64,000 bases of DNA from Isurus oxyrinchus (Eukaryota), in the NCBI GenBank assembly GCA_026770705.1, contig JANJGN010000015.1, positions 130,324,001 through 130,388,000 of the forward strand, in the 5' to 3' direction. The notes beneath the pieces are model-generated. The model saw only the letters and a list, made by a program, of their open reading frames with translations. It had not been told where the DNA came from and ran no database searches. A program made the translations under genes and the position numbers. This document shows positions 51,171-64,000 of this stretch, in pieces. Each line of letters starts with the position of its first letter. The first letter of the stretch is position 1.

Positions 51171-53419
51171 CTTTTCAGAGACGGGAGACAGGGGCACAGT
51201 GAGTGCTCCTTTATACAGGGCGCTGCTCCCCACCAACCTTGTGGTGACATTTACAACACCCCCACCCTCCACCCCCTCACTCTTTAATGTACCAAGAAAA
51301 TGACACTGGCGAGTGTGCTTTCTGCAACTAAACAAAAGCCCTCATTGGAATCTGTAACTGGCTCTTTCCTGTTAACATTAGCGGTGAGGTTTAAATGTTC
51401 TCATCATGTAAAGCAGTCACTCAGAGAGAGCTGAAGGTCGCCGCAGGTTTAGAAGGGAAATTTCAACCCAGGGATGGGTAAAGGGAATAAACCCGGAAGG
51501 AACTGGGAAGGTTGCAGCTTTTAAAATGCAATTCAGTGGAGTGAAAGGAGATCAAGTCGAAATCGATTAGTTTTCCTTTCAGTTATTTCAGGCCTTCGTT
51601 TACAGGAGACAAAACGACTTTACACCAAAGTGAAGTACACCAGAATTGTGTAAATACACCAGAAATGCCAATATACGAGTCAGTGTGCTGTCTTTAACTT
51701 AGCCCAAGCTAAGCACATAGCAGGAGAGTCAGGAACTCTCGTAACGTTTAAGAAGTATTTGGATATTCATTTGCATTGTCATAGCCTCCAGGGCTATGGG
51801 CCGAGCGGTTGGAAAATGGGATTAATGTAGTCAGATCTTTGTTGACCGGCAGGTGGACGAATGGCTTCCTTCTGTGCTGTAAACATCTATGAGCCTATGA
51901 ATCACTTTGGGATGTTTTACCAACATAAGGTGCTATATGAATGCACTTGTTGCTGTAGTGATGATGAACAAGGAAGTCCTGCTGCAATGATACAGGGCTT
52001 TGCTGAGACCACACCTGGAGTACTGTGGCTGTTTTGGTCCCCACATTAACAGAAGGATATTCTTGCATTGGAGGTAGTAGAGCCAAGGTTCACTAAATTG
52101 GTTCTTGGGCTGAGAGGGTGAGCTATGATGAGAGGTTGAGTACATTGGGTTTATAGGCACTGGAATTTCATGCAAAGTGTGGTAGCAGTTTGGAACTGTC
52201 TTTGGAAAATGGCATCAATGCTAGATGAATTAGTTTTAAATCTGAGAATGCTAGATTTTTATTAACTGAAGGCATTAAAGAACAGGGAACAAAGGGGGTA
52301 TGTGGAGTTAGGTTCCAGATCAGCCATGATCTCATAGAATCACAAAACAGACTTGCTGAATTAAACTTCCTGTTCCTACATTGCTTATTATGTACAATTG
52401 CCCTACCTTTTCTCAAATCCCATCCACCCCACCGCCCCCTAACACCAGCATCTGTTTGAACATAGCTAAAATCAAGCCCCTTATCTTAATGGTCCTGATT
52501 ATAGGTGATGACATTTCATGTTTACTTTATATTAAAATATTATTTGGGAAAACCAGATCACATACAAATACATGCACATTATATTACAATGATATAAATG
52601 GCATCAGGATTTCACATATCAAAGGGTAACTTATACTTAACAGATGTTTATCCAGCTATAAGGGAAAAATACTGTGGATGCTGGAAATCTGAAACAAAAG
52701 CAAAAAATGCTGGAAAAATTCAGCAGGTCTGACAGCTTCTGTGGAGAGAAACAGACAGAGTCAAAGTTTTGAGTCTGTATGACTCTTCACAGCTCTGAAG
52801 AGTTATACAGATTCGAAAGGTTAACTCTGTCTGTTTCTCCACAGATGCTGTCAGACCTGTTGGGTTTTTCCAGCAATTTTTGTTTTTGTGTAAATACATA
52901 ATTGCTAACCTGACATAACAAATGTACAGCTAACCTGTTCAGCACAGATGGCTTTCTGCTGGAGCATATTTTGCGGTTAGCAACTGGTTGCAAGCTTCCA
53001 TCCTGCACACAAATGGCACATTTACACTTAGGTTAAAGGTGCAAACTACTGTTTGCTATATGACAGTATTAAGGCCACATCACATGATTGTGTTAGCTAC
53101 TGCTATAATGACAGGACAGCTTTAAAACAAATGGCTAAAGAATCACTGGTATGTATAACATTTATATCACAGCCCCACTTCTGCTTAAAGCTTTTCTGTA
53201 CTAATCCTGGTTGCTAACGCTGCAGAGTCTGTCCTGCAGTGTAAGCAGTGTTTGTGCATGTGCAGTTTATTCTGAAAGTCATGAATGATCTTTGGCTGCT
53301 GGACCTAGTGACTGGGAAACATCCACATACACACATTGTCTACTGTCCAATCAAGCTGCTTGACTTGTGGCCTAAAATGGTAGCCATACTGCTGATTGGA
53401 AGAGCTTGTAGTTAAATAA

Positions 53420-53632
53420 AAAACAAAAACAGAATTACCTGGAAAAACTCAGCAGGTCTGGCAGCATTGTTCACCCCTCTTCTAACATTCATTCAGTTCT
53501 GTTGAAGGGTCATGAGGACTCGAAACGTCAACTCTTTTCTTCTCCGCCGATGCTGCCAGACCTGCTGAGTTTTTCCAGGTAATTCTGTTTTTGTTTTGGA
53601 TTTCCAGCATCCGCAGTTTTTTGTTTTTATCT
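53420..53632. mobile_element. Inverted Penelope terminal-repeat insertion, TSD ttgtagttaaataa
   Basis: TSD at 53406-53419 and 53633-53646. Confidence 0.75.
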
Positions 53633-54554
53633 TTGTAGTTAAATAATGCCTTTAGCATTCACAGCTGTGACAAAGTACCTCACCAGCAAGGGATAATTTT
53701 ACAGTATAGTCATGTCTTGTAGGAATACAGGGCAAGATCCCACAAACAGTGTTGATATAAATGAAGTTATTTTGAATGAAGGGTCATTGATTGAGAATGT
53801 TAACTCTGTTCCTTGTTCCACAGATGCAACCAGACTCACTGAGTGTTTCCAGCATTTTCTGTTTTTATTTCAATTTCCAGCCTCTGCAGTGTATTGCTCA
53901 TGTGTTAGTGAAAAGGAGTTGGCCTATGCATCCTATTGAACAGTATCACTGTGTAACTGTGTGGGCCAAGGGAACTTTGAAAGGGCTGTGCACTTACCAC
54001 AGTGACATTAAAATTAAAATTGTTCTAACTGAAGAGTTTGAATGTACATCCCAATCCATCTAATTCAGATCTCCTGGGAACTGCTGATGAACTACAATCT
54101 GCTCCATAATACTCCCAGAATATCAGACCATAAACAAGATCTGCTGATTCTTAGTAATGACATAATTAGTAGTTAGAAAATATGAACCAGGTGTGTATAG
54201 TCCTTTTTAATATAACAGTTATTGCCAGTTAATTCCATAAGAGGTTGTTTTTAAATTGAGGATATGTTATGTAAGGTCAAGACCTGCACACAGGACACCA
54301 ACAAAGATAAAAAGATCATGAGTGAAGATGAGGCAAATCAAGAAACAGTAACTAATATGTGCCACATTGGGTTTTAAGAACCTGCAGATAGAAATATTGA
54401 AACATAGAAAATAGGAGCATGAGTAGATCATTTAGCCCTTCAAACCTGCTCCACCATTCTACATGATCATGGCTGATCCTCTATCTCAACGCCATATTCC
54501 CACTCTCTCCCCATAGCCCTTGACACCTTTAGAATCTAGAAATCTATTTCCTCC

Positions 54555-55705
54555 TTAAGATTAATACACAAGATAAGATCACACGGAGTTAGGGATAATA
54601 TATTAGCTTGGATAGAGGACTGGCTAACCAACAGAAAGCAGAGAGTCAGGATAAATGGGTCTTTTTCTGGATGGCAAGCTGTAACTAGTTGGGTGCCACA
54701 GGGTTCGCTCCTTGGGCCCCAACCATTTACAATCTATATTAATGACTTGGATTCAGGGACAGAAGGTACTGTAGCTAAATTTTCAGATGACACCAAGATA
54801 GGTGGGAAAGTAAGCTGCAATGAAGAAATAAGAAATTTACAAATGGATATGGACAGGTTAGATGAATGGGCCAAAATTTGGCAGGTGGAGTTTAACGTGG
54901 ATAAGTGGGAGGTTATCCATTTTGGTCAGAAGAATAAAAAGGCGACTTATTATTTAAATGGAGAGAAACTTCAGAATGCTTCAGTGCAGAGGGATCTGGG
55001 TGTCCTCGTGCATGAATCGCTGAAAGTTAATATACAGGTACAGCAGGTAATAAGGAAGGCAAATGGAATTTTGGCATTTATTGCTAAAGGAATAGAGTAT
55101 AAAAATAGGGAAGTGTTGTTGCAACTGTACAAGGCGTTGGTGAGACCACACCTGGAGTACTGTGCACAGTTTTGGTCCCCTTACTTGAGGAGGGATGTAG
55201 TTGCATTGGAGGCGGTTCAGAGGAGGTTCACTAGATTAATTCCAGAGATGCGGGGCTTGTCTTATGAGGAGGGATTGAGCAGTTTAGGCCTTTACTCGCT
55301 AGAGTTTAGAAGGATGAGAGGAGATCTTGAGGTATATAAAATGCTAAAGGGGATAGACAAAGTAGACGTGGAGCAGATGTTCCCCCTTGTGGGGTATTCT
55401 AGAACAAGAGGCCATAGTTTTAGGCTAAGGGGTGGTAGATTTAAATCAGAGATGAGGAGGAATTACTTTTCTCAAAGGGTCGTGAATCTGTGGAATTCAC
55501 TACCTCAGAGTGCAGTGGATGCTGGGACGCTGAATAAATTTAAGTAGGAGATAGATCGATTTTTAATTAGTAATGGGTTGAAAGGTTATGGGGAGAGGGC
55601 GGGAAATTGGAGTTAAGGCCAAAATGAGATCAGCCATGATTGTAATGAATGGTGGGGCAGGCTCGAGGGGCTGAATTGCCTACTCCTGCTCCTAGTTCTT
55701 ATGTT
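54555..55705 (+). mobile_element. Young CR1 LINE 3' portion (284-aa RT ORF)
   Basis: PQGSLLGP, YINDL, KFSDDTK and LEYCAQFWSP motifs. Confidence 0.9.
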
Positions 55706-55709
55706 CTTA

Positions 55710-56630
55710 TATTCATAAATATATTCAGTGACTTGGCCTCCACAGCCTTCTGTAGTAGAGAATTCCACAAGTTCACCACCCTCTGAGTGAAGAAGTTTCT
55801 CCTCCTCTCAGTCCTAAATGGTCCACCCCGTATCCTGAGACTGTGACCCCTTGTTCTAGACCCCACAGCCAGAGGAAACATCATCCCTGCATCCAGTTTG
55901 TTCATCCCTGTTAGAATTTTATATGTTTCAATGAGATCCCCTCTCATTCTTCTAAACTCCAGTGAATACAGGCCTACACAGCCCAATCTCTCCTCATACA
56001 ACAATCTTGCCATCCCAGAAATCAGTCTGGTGAACCTTCGCTGTGCTCCCCTCTATGGCAAGTATATCCTTACTTAAGTAAGGAGACCAAAACTGCACAC
56101 AATACTCCAGGTATGATCTCACCAAGGCCCTGTACAGCTGCAGTAAGACATCCTTGCTCCTGTACTCAAGTCCTCTCACAATGAAGGCCAACATACCATT
56201 TGCCTTCTTAACTGCTTGCTGCACCTGCATGCTTGCTTTCAGTGATTGGTGTACAAGGACACCCAGGTCCCAATCTATCACCATTTAAATAATACTCTGC
56301 CATTCTGTTTTTCCTACCGAAGTGGATAACTTCACATTTATCCACATTAGACTGCATCTGCCATGTATTTGCCCATTCAACTTGTCAAAATCACCTTGAA
56401 GCCACTTAATACCCTCCTCACCACTCACATTCCCACCAAGTTTCATGTTGTCAACAAACTTGAAAATATTACATTTGGTTCCCTCATCCAAATCATTGAT
56501 ATATATTGTGAATAGCTGGGGCCCAAGCTCTGATCTGTGCGGTACCCCACTAGTCACCGCCTGCTGCTCCGAATTGGCCCATTTATTCCAACTCTCTCTT
56601 TCCTGTCTGCCAACCAATTCTCAATCCCTG
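55710..56630 (-). mobile_element. CR1 LINE fragment, tail-to-tail with the previous copy
   Basis: ORFs 55699..56617 carry RT motifs. Confidence 0.85.
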
Positions 56631-56781
56631 TTGTAGCTGGAAACCAGTAGTGAGGAATTTAAGCAGCGTTAGATCAGGAATTGATGAGATGAATAAGAAG
56701 GGAGGAATTGGGAAGGGAATGTAGGATGACTTATTTTAATTTTTTTTATGGTAATAGATGGCAGGCTGGTTGAAAGATAAT

Positions 56782-57468
56782 GGGCTGAATTTTGCCCTTG
56801 TCAGGCGGGCGGGCCTGACCCAATCTCCGGTGGGCAGGGAGCCTATCCCCGCCGGAGAAGCAGGTCCCACTGCCATTTTACGTGGGCGGGCCGATTAAGG
56901 CCCACCCAGTGTGATGTCCAGCGGAAAGCGCTATGTGCTCCCTGTGCGGGCGGGGGGGGAGGATTCCCCAAATGCAAGAGTGCACTCTTTCACACTTGCA
57001 CACGATAGAGCGCGCATCCCCCTGAGGCTAAGTGCAGCCTCAGGGAGATCGCTGAAAGGTTTTCAAAGTTTAAAAACAGAAAAATAAAAAAATCATTAAC
57101 AATGTCACATGAGATGGGACATGTTAATAAAGTGCACAAAAACTTTATTTAACTTTTTTAAAACCAACCTTTTCCCGCCGCTGGATGAGGTTTCATGTTG
57201 TCTCTAGTTGCCGCCGGGGCTCCTGGCCTGTCCGACAACCTTAAGGTTGGACGGGCAGGTCTTTTCATTGTTTTAACTACCCTGTCAGTGGCCTCAGTTG
57301 GCCATTGACAGGTCGGCGGGTGGACAGCTAATTTTGCTGTGCCCCCGCCTTCCTCAATATTTAAATGGGGCGGGGTGACGTCAGGGGTTCCGCTCAATGT
57401 CATCCCACGTCATTTTCACATCAGCGAGTGGGCCCCGCCCCCAGCTCACCGACGGAGAAATTCAACCC
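56782..57468. mobile_element. Non-autonomous DNA transposon (MITE, PIF/Harbinger-like)
   Basis: TIRs gggctgaattt / aaattcaaccc, 3-bp TSD AAT and a GC-rich interior. Confidence 0.7.
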
Positions 57469-57649
57469 AATGTTAACACAGATTTCACCAGCACTTTGAA
57501 TTTAGTTCAAACATGTATTTTTAGCATCTAAAACTTGCACAAATTTTACACAAAAACGTAATGCACAAAGGCAAATGTGTTGGTGTGTCTAGGAGCATGA
57601 AGGCCATCTTATATTGGGTTATACACTAAATGTGTGTAATTGCTGCTGG

Positions 57650-58215
57650 AGGTTGGTTAGGCCACAGCTAGAGTATTGTCCGCAGTTCTGGAATCCGCAT
57701 TATAGGAAGGATGTGATTGCACTAGAGAGAGTGCAGAGGAGATTTACCAGGATGTTGCCTGGGCTGGAGAGTTTTAGTTATGAGGAGGGATTGGATATAC
57801 TGGGGTTACTTTCCCTGGAACAGAGGAGATTGAAGGGGGTCATGATTGAGGTGTATAAAATTATGAGGGGCATAGATGGAGTAGACAGGAAGGAACTTTT
57901 CCCCCTGGTGGAGGGATCAATAACCAGGGGGCATAGATTTAAGGTAAGGGGCAGGTGGTTTAGAGGGGATGTGAGGAAGAATTTTTTCACCCAGAGGGTG
58001 GTGGGAATCTGGAACTCACTGCCTGAAAGGGTGGTAGAGGCAGAAACCCTCATAACATTTAAGAAGTATTTGGATGTGCACTTGCAATGCCATGGCATAC
58101 AAGGCTATGGGCCTAGTGCTGGAAAATGTGATTAGAATAGTTAGGTACTTATTCGACCGGCGCAGACTCGATGGGCTGAAGGGCCTTTACCTGTGCTGTA
58201 GACCCTTATGACTCT
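57650..58215 (+). mobile_element. CR1 LINE 3' fragment
   Basis: ORF 57614..58135. Confidence 0.85.
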
Positions 58216-58659
58216 ATGACTGCTGTTTTCTGTCAGTCCTACATCTGTCAGTCTTGTGAAGAACCCACTTGCACAATACAAAGACCACAAGCAGATTCCT
58301 TCAACACATCAGCTGCTGGCATTGATAGTGCTTTAATTTAATCTTAATATAAATTTTCCCTTGTTAAGTATGGTAAATATCATATCCAAAATAACCTTTA
58401 GAAATTAGCTTATAAAGAGCCATCAGACTTGATGTGATTAATTGTTTACATTATTGTGTTTAGCTCATTTCCATTCACTAGAACTGCCAACTCTTCATAT
58501 GCCAATGTCATGGTTATTGACACCTTTTTTAATTAATAGGACAATAATGAACTCGTTACTAGTTGTACTTGTTGGGGCTCATATTGTGAGGGTTGGTGCT
58601 ATTGTGCACAGCTCCCTGATTACTAGGGGAGAGGCACAAAGTGGCAAAGTTTCCTCAAT

Positions 58660-58900
58660 AAACAAAAACAGAATTACCTGGAAAAACTCAGCAGGTCTGG
58701 CAGCATCGGCGGAGAAGAAAAGAGTTGACGTTTCGAGTCCTCATGACCCTTCAATAGAACCATCAGTTCTGTCGAAGGGTCATGAGGACTCGAAACGTCA
58801 ACTCTTTTCTTCTCCGCCGATGCTGCCAGACCTGCTGAGTTTTTCCAGGTAATTCTGTTTTTGTTTTGGATTTCCAGCATCCGCAGTTTTTTGTTTTTAT
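58660..58900. mobile_element. Inverted pair of Penelope terminal repeats
   Basis: Mirror ORFs on both strands, with flanking aaagt(t/c)tcctcaat repeats. Confidence 0.75.
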
Positions 58901-59399
58901 CTCTATCATTATTAAAGTCTCCTCAATGCCTGTTATACATAGCACCCCACCCTCTGGCCACTCAGTGCCAGTGCAGAGCATGTTTGGAGGTTTTGCAGCA
59001 AGAGCATGAAAGACTCAATAAGACCCAATTTTTAATCTTGATTAAACCAACTTCCCATTATTGGCTGAAGTGCCCCAGTGTTAATCGCAGACTGACACTG
59101 CAAAGGAAGGCCCACAGAAATGCTTTTATTCCTGTGTGTACCTTCTGTCAGGGTCCCCCAACTCACCATCTGCTCAAGACTATACCTTCAAAAGTCTAAT
59201 AATCTTTTGACGCAGTTCACTTGCCCTCCCCTCCAAAAATAAACTGAAGCTCTCAATTGGAGAGTTTTCGCACTATTAGACGCATGTGTGTGATGCTGCA
59301 TTAATGCATTTAAAGGGAATTTTGATAAGCACATGAGGGGTAAGAGAATAGCTGTGGCGATAGGATGAGATGAAGAGGAGTGTGGAGCATAAAGGTGAT

Positions 59400-60060
59400 T
59401 GTCCGATGAGGAGAGATTGAGGAGACTGGGCCCAAATTCTCTAGAGTTTATAAGAATGAGAGGTAATCTCATTGATGTTTTCAAAATCTATGGAACTCAT
59501 TGCCACAGAAGGCTGTGGAGGTCAGGTCATTGAGTGTATTTAAGACCGAGATAGATAGGTTCTTGACTGGTAAGGGGATCAAAGGTTACGGGGAGAAGGC
59601 GGGAGAATGGGGTTGAGAAACTTATCAGCCATGATTGAATGGCAGAGCAGACTCGATGGGCCGAATGGCCTAATTTCTGCTCCTATGTCTTATGGTCTTA
59701 TTGTCTAAAATTCTTAGAGGGCTTGACAGGGTAGATGTGGATAGGATGGCTGAGGGAGTCTAGAACCAGGGGCACTGTCTCAGAATAAGAGGCAGGCCAT
59801 TTAGGACTGAGATGAGGAGGAACCTCTTCACTCAGAGGGTGGTGAATCTTTGGAATTCTCTATCCTAGAGGGTTGTGGAAGCTCAGTCATTGAGCATGTT
59901 CAAGGCTGAGATTGATATATTTCTAGATATTAAAGAGAAACGGGGATAGTGTGGGGGAGATGGGGTTAAGGTAGAAGATCAGCCATGATCTAGTTGAATA
60001 ATGGAGCAGGCTCAAGGGGCTGAATGGCCTACTTCTATTGTTCCTATTTCTATGTTCCTA
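59400..60060 (+). mobile_element. Nested CR1 3' fragments
   Basis: Typical CR1 3' coding/UTR sequence, seen twice. Confidence 0.7.
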
Positions 60061-63000
60061 TAAACACTGGCACAGACCAACTGGATGAATAGTCTGTTTC
60101 TGACCTCCGCTTTCTCCATGATATCCTTTATCCATCAGGTGGCAGTAGCTGTTTATATCCTGCTGATGCTAGAAACACTGCTCCAACAAAAGTCATATTC
60201 TCCCCAGCACATCCTGAGTGACTCCCTGGGAACAAGATGAATTAGTGCTAGTTTCTTCCCTTAGTGCTTTTCAATGTTTTTCGAGGTTCATTACAGACAC
60301 TAGATGGTTTCATTCTGAAAGATAGGGGCTGATTGTCTGGGCAGTCCCTGTCTGTGAATATTTTGTCTATTGAAATTATTAGGCCCTGGGACCTTCATTG
60401 AGCTGTATGCAGCTCACACCCTCAAATAGTAGGCCACAGATTCCTTTAATATCAGAAATACACTTGATTTAAGTTAAGGTTCCCATTCCTCATTTGTTTT
60501 CAATAAACCCTGTTAACATTTCAGCTGTTTAGGGTCACACCTGAGGAGCAGCAACCTGCCTGGGGCTCAGACCTGGTGCTTGTGAATCCAGTCAGCAGTT
60601 GGAGGCAGTGCCTTTGAGAAAGGAAGGAAGAAAGTTAGAAATAAAAAAGATACACAAAAAAATGAGGCTTTCCTGAATGCTTGGAATTTATATTCAAAAT
60701 AAATTCTTGCAAATGAACTGAACAAAATGGAAAAAGCAACAGCTTTTATCAAGTAATTATTCGATTCATACATCCAGCGCTTTAAGTTAATTAAACTACA
60801 TTTGTACAAGCAGATACAAAAAACAAACAGAAAAAGTGTTACACATGTGCAGTCACTAACATACATACATATACATATATGCAAATTGCTATAAATTTAA
60901 GAAGAAAAGCTATTTTGAACAAGGTCAATATGAGTCCAGAATAATCTGTCTTGTCATATCAGACAATGAGTGATAAAAGTTTATATTACATCCTCCATGG
61001 GTGATAAATGTTTACTTTGATGTATTTGTTTAAACCAGTGTTAATTAACAATTGGTAATAATCCCAGTATTTTGCTTGAGTTTTATTCTCAGCAGTTGAG
61101 GGATGCAATGTGAGTCTACACTCCCGTCTCCCACATAAATCCTTCCTGATTTCGAACAAGCCAATTGGACAGCCAGCCCTTGTCCACACAAAAAGCTGTA
61201 GGGCTATTTAATAATTTGAGTGAATCATTAGAATTTTAACAAAGCTTTAGGATTTAGGAAAGCTTACCTTCCAATAGCATTTCCATGTTTCCTTTTGCTG
61301 GGAGTGTTAGAGAAGTGAAGGAAACAATGAACATTCCACAAATGTGAGTCCAACAATCGTAGCTGAGATATACATGCAGTTGGAACTTCATTCGGAAGAT
61401 ATATATCTTGTAGATTGTATTGTTAATACTGGTTTAAACTGTATTATTCAGAATCACATTTACAAGGGGAGATTCCCTTGCTCAGGGAGCACATCGTGGG
61501 AAAAAGTAGGTCGGTAGCCTGTAATCCTACTTCTATTAAAATAAATGAATGGAAACTCATGGCCATGTTCCCACACTTCTCCCAAACGCACTCTCTGTGA
61601 CTGCCACTCTCTGTTGGGATAGCCAATCATTGACTTATCCTGATAAGTGTTGTACAACATGAAACTTAGGGCTTTAACAAGCTTTCACTTTTAGAAATTC
61701 ATTTATCATAAAACATTACACTGTAGCTACAAATTCATATCAAAGTTAATACATTTGAAACTTAGGGTTACACTTTCTGACTGCCCTTCCACACATCTGG
61801 TACTCTATCACAGAGACATACAGGTGGACACAGTACTCCAAACCTGTGATAGTCTCCAAAATGATCTTATCTCAGTTGTAATTGGAACTGGAGTATGTGC
61901 TATTGTATATTTCTGTGACTGAAGTGGAGAGCAGCTTTGAGGGATAGAGGTTGAAGCTATGTGAGAAGGGCATTGGTTCAAGAGGCTTCCTGGCTGCATT
62001 ATTTACCATTAATAAAGTTAATGGGTTGCCTATTTTTAATAAATTTGAGGTCCAGTTTTGTCTGTATTTAATATATCATGACAACACTGTTTTCTTTATT
62101 ATTTATATTATTGGCAGGATGTGGTGTTATTTATTATTGAGACTGTACTATAACTCGATGAATGATTATTGTTACTGTTTGTTGGGGGAAATATTAAGCT
62201 TCAGCTGAGCTGCATGAGTCTGGGGGAGGGAAGTTGACAGTCGGTTGAAGCTGAGGCTGCTTTGGGGAGCCAAACAGGTTTAAACGTTAAGGGTAAGTGA
62301 ACTGTAAAGTTGTTAATAATGAAATCAGAAGGCTGAGGAGGAGTGGAGAGTCAACAATGGGCCAACGAGATTAACCCAGGGGTCCAGCAGAGGAATATAG
62401 TGAACGCTAGCAAATCCTGTATATCAGCAGAGAAGAGGGGAACAGTGGGAGTGAAACCCAAAGATCAGTAACAATGCAGCGCAGGGAATCGGGGAGGGGG
62501 AGAGGTAGATCCATGTGATCAGTGCAATTGATAGGGAGCAACAACAGGAGCTTGCTGAGTTTGTCTAACCTAGTCCAGTGAAAGGGGAGCTGAAGGATGT
62601 GGAGTTAGCAGTCACAGGAAGCAAGCAGAAAGCAGCAAGGGAACAAGACCATAATGTATATAATTGGATTATGCCTAAAACACTGCCCTGCTCTTTCCCA
62701 ATAAAGAAAAGGTTTGCCATCAATTTTTCATAAAGAAATTGTGTTTTGAACTGACACAAACAAATTGACCTTTCTACAAATTCCTATGCAGAAAATTTCT
62801 CTTATTAATTATTCACTCAATTGGTGTCAATCCTACTCAACATAATGTTTGTTTATAATTGGAGGAAAATTGATGGTTATATATTCAATTAAGTAAAGTA
62901 TTGATAGATGGTTGAATAATTGATAGTTATATTAATTTTGACCCCCATACAACAGAAAGTTGAATTATTCTGGAGAGCTAACATAAGCAAAAGAATAACT

Positions 63001-64000
63001 GGATGGTATCTAAATTATTTTTTATAAGTAACCAGAAATGGTAAATAGCTGACAATTCTCAAAATCTTCTTATTTTATTTTTAATCCACCTTATGTACTT
63101 GCCTACTCTAGTGTATACACCTGGGTATTTGTAATGTGCACAACTGATTCCCCAGGACACAATTCCTTGAATGACTCCATCACAAATCAGCGGTCCTCCA
63201 GAATCACCCTGCCAGAATGGAAATGAAGAAATGAGAATCAGTGAAAAGATATAAAGAATTTAAATTAGATTTTAGTCTCTTTTCTGTGGAATTTCATATA
63301 GGGAGTCAAAAGGAAATGTAGTCTTCAAGTGAAGCAAAGTTGAGGACAGATAATTGTGCTAGGGCATTTTCAAATATAATTCAATGATAAAAGCAAAATA
63401 CTGCAGATGCTGGAAATCTGAAATAAAAATAAAAGGTGCTGGAAAAACTCAGCAGGTCTGGCAGCATCTGTGTCGAGAGAGATAAAGTTAATGTTTTGAG
63501 TCCATATGACTTTTCTTCAGCTCTGAAGAAGAGTCATATGGATTCGAAACATTAGCTCTGTTTCTCTCTCTCTACAGAGGCTGCCAGAGCTGCTCAATTT
63601 TTCCAGCATTTTTTGCAGGTATAATTCAATCCCTATTTTAAAGCCACATAATCTGTCCTTATTATTTATACATTTCCAATTGCTGTGTGCACATTTAGAA
63701 TGGAGTGTAAACCTGGCATGCTGTAATTAAACCTTCCATACAGTACCATTACAGCAGGAAATACCTTGAAATTAATCATGTACAGTCCTCTCGATGTTGG
63801 ACTATTAACTTAACTATAAATCTTACATCTGTGAATGCTCGCATGGCAAAGATTAAGTAATATTTAATTTCTATTTAGCATTAATTTAGTATTTAAAAAG
63901 ATTCCAAGTTTTTTCCTTCCTCTTGTAAAGGTACCAACTCTCTTTATGACATTGCACCGGCTGCAACTTTTGCTGTGGGGCACTTTAACCGAAACAGCAG

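Noticed and set aside
60567-60884. LIKAVAFSILF resembling a second TCR TM exon
   Set aside because: It lacks the Arg and Asn and has no suitable exon boundaries. It is better explained as a T-rich tract.
60540-61920. Possible exons of a neighbouring gene (splice-like sites near 60611, 61267 and 61812)
   Set aside because: No recognisable protein and no consistent exon chain.

Overview
This is repeat-rich vertebrate DNA; the repeat families and receptor motifs point to a cartilaginous fish (shark-like, inferred). The main content is a compact rearranging antigen-receptor locus on the minus strand. In transcriptional order it reads: V-A (leader 51125-51170, V exon 50660-50962), pseudo-V (45301-45808), V-B (leader 34433-34478, V exon 33968-34270), D1 (25494-25502), D2 (25079-25092), J (24785-24835), C exon 1 (13024-13344), connecting-peptide exon (12592-12636), TM exon (8316-8425) and a probable 3' UTR exon starting at 7821. 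All splice junctions between coding exons are phase 1 and join in frame. The parts do not match one known TCR chain. The Vs look Vbeta-like, D2 carries the Dbeta-type GGGACA core, D1 and J look delta-like, and the C domain is a full canonical Ig/Cbeta/Cgamma-like C1 domain. The TM (LRILFFKSLVFNGLMT) and C-gene exon layout, however, are TCR alpha/delta type. It is therefore a candidate additional, possibly undescribed, T-cell-receptor-like chain. The main caveats are a degenerate J RSS and a 10-bp spacer in the D1 5' RSS. The rest of the window is CR1/L2/RTE LINE fragments, one decayed Penelope-like element, many short hammerhead-bearing Penelope terminal repeats (often in inverted pairs with TSDs), a MITE and several minisatellites. 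No other protein-coding gene could be identified.
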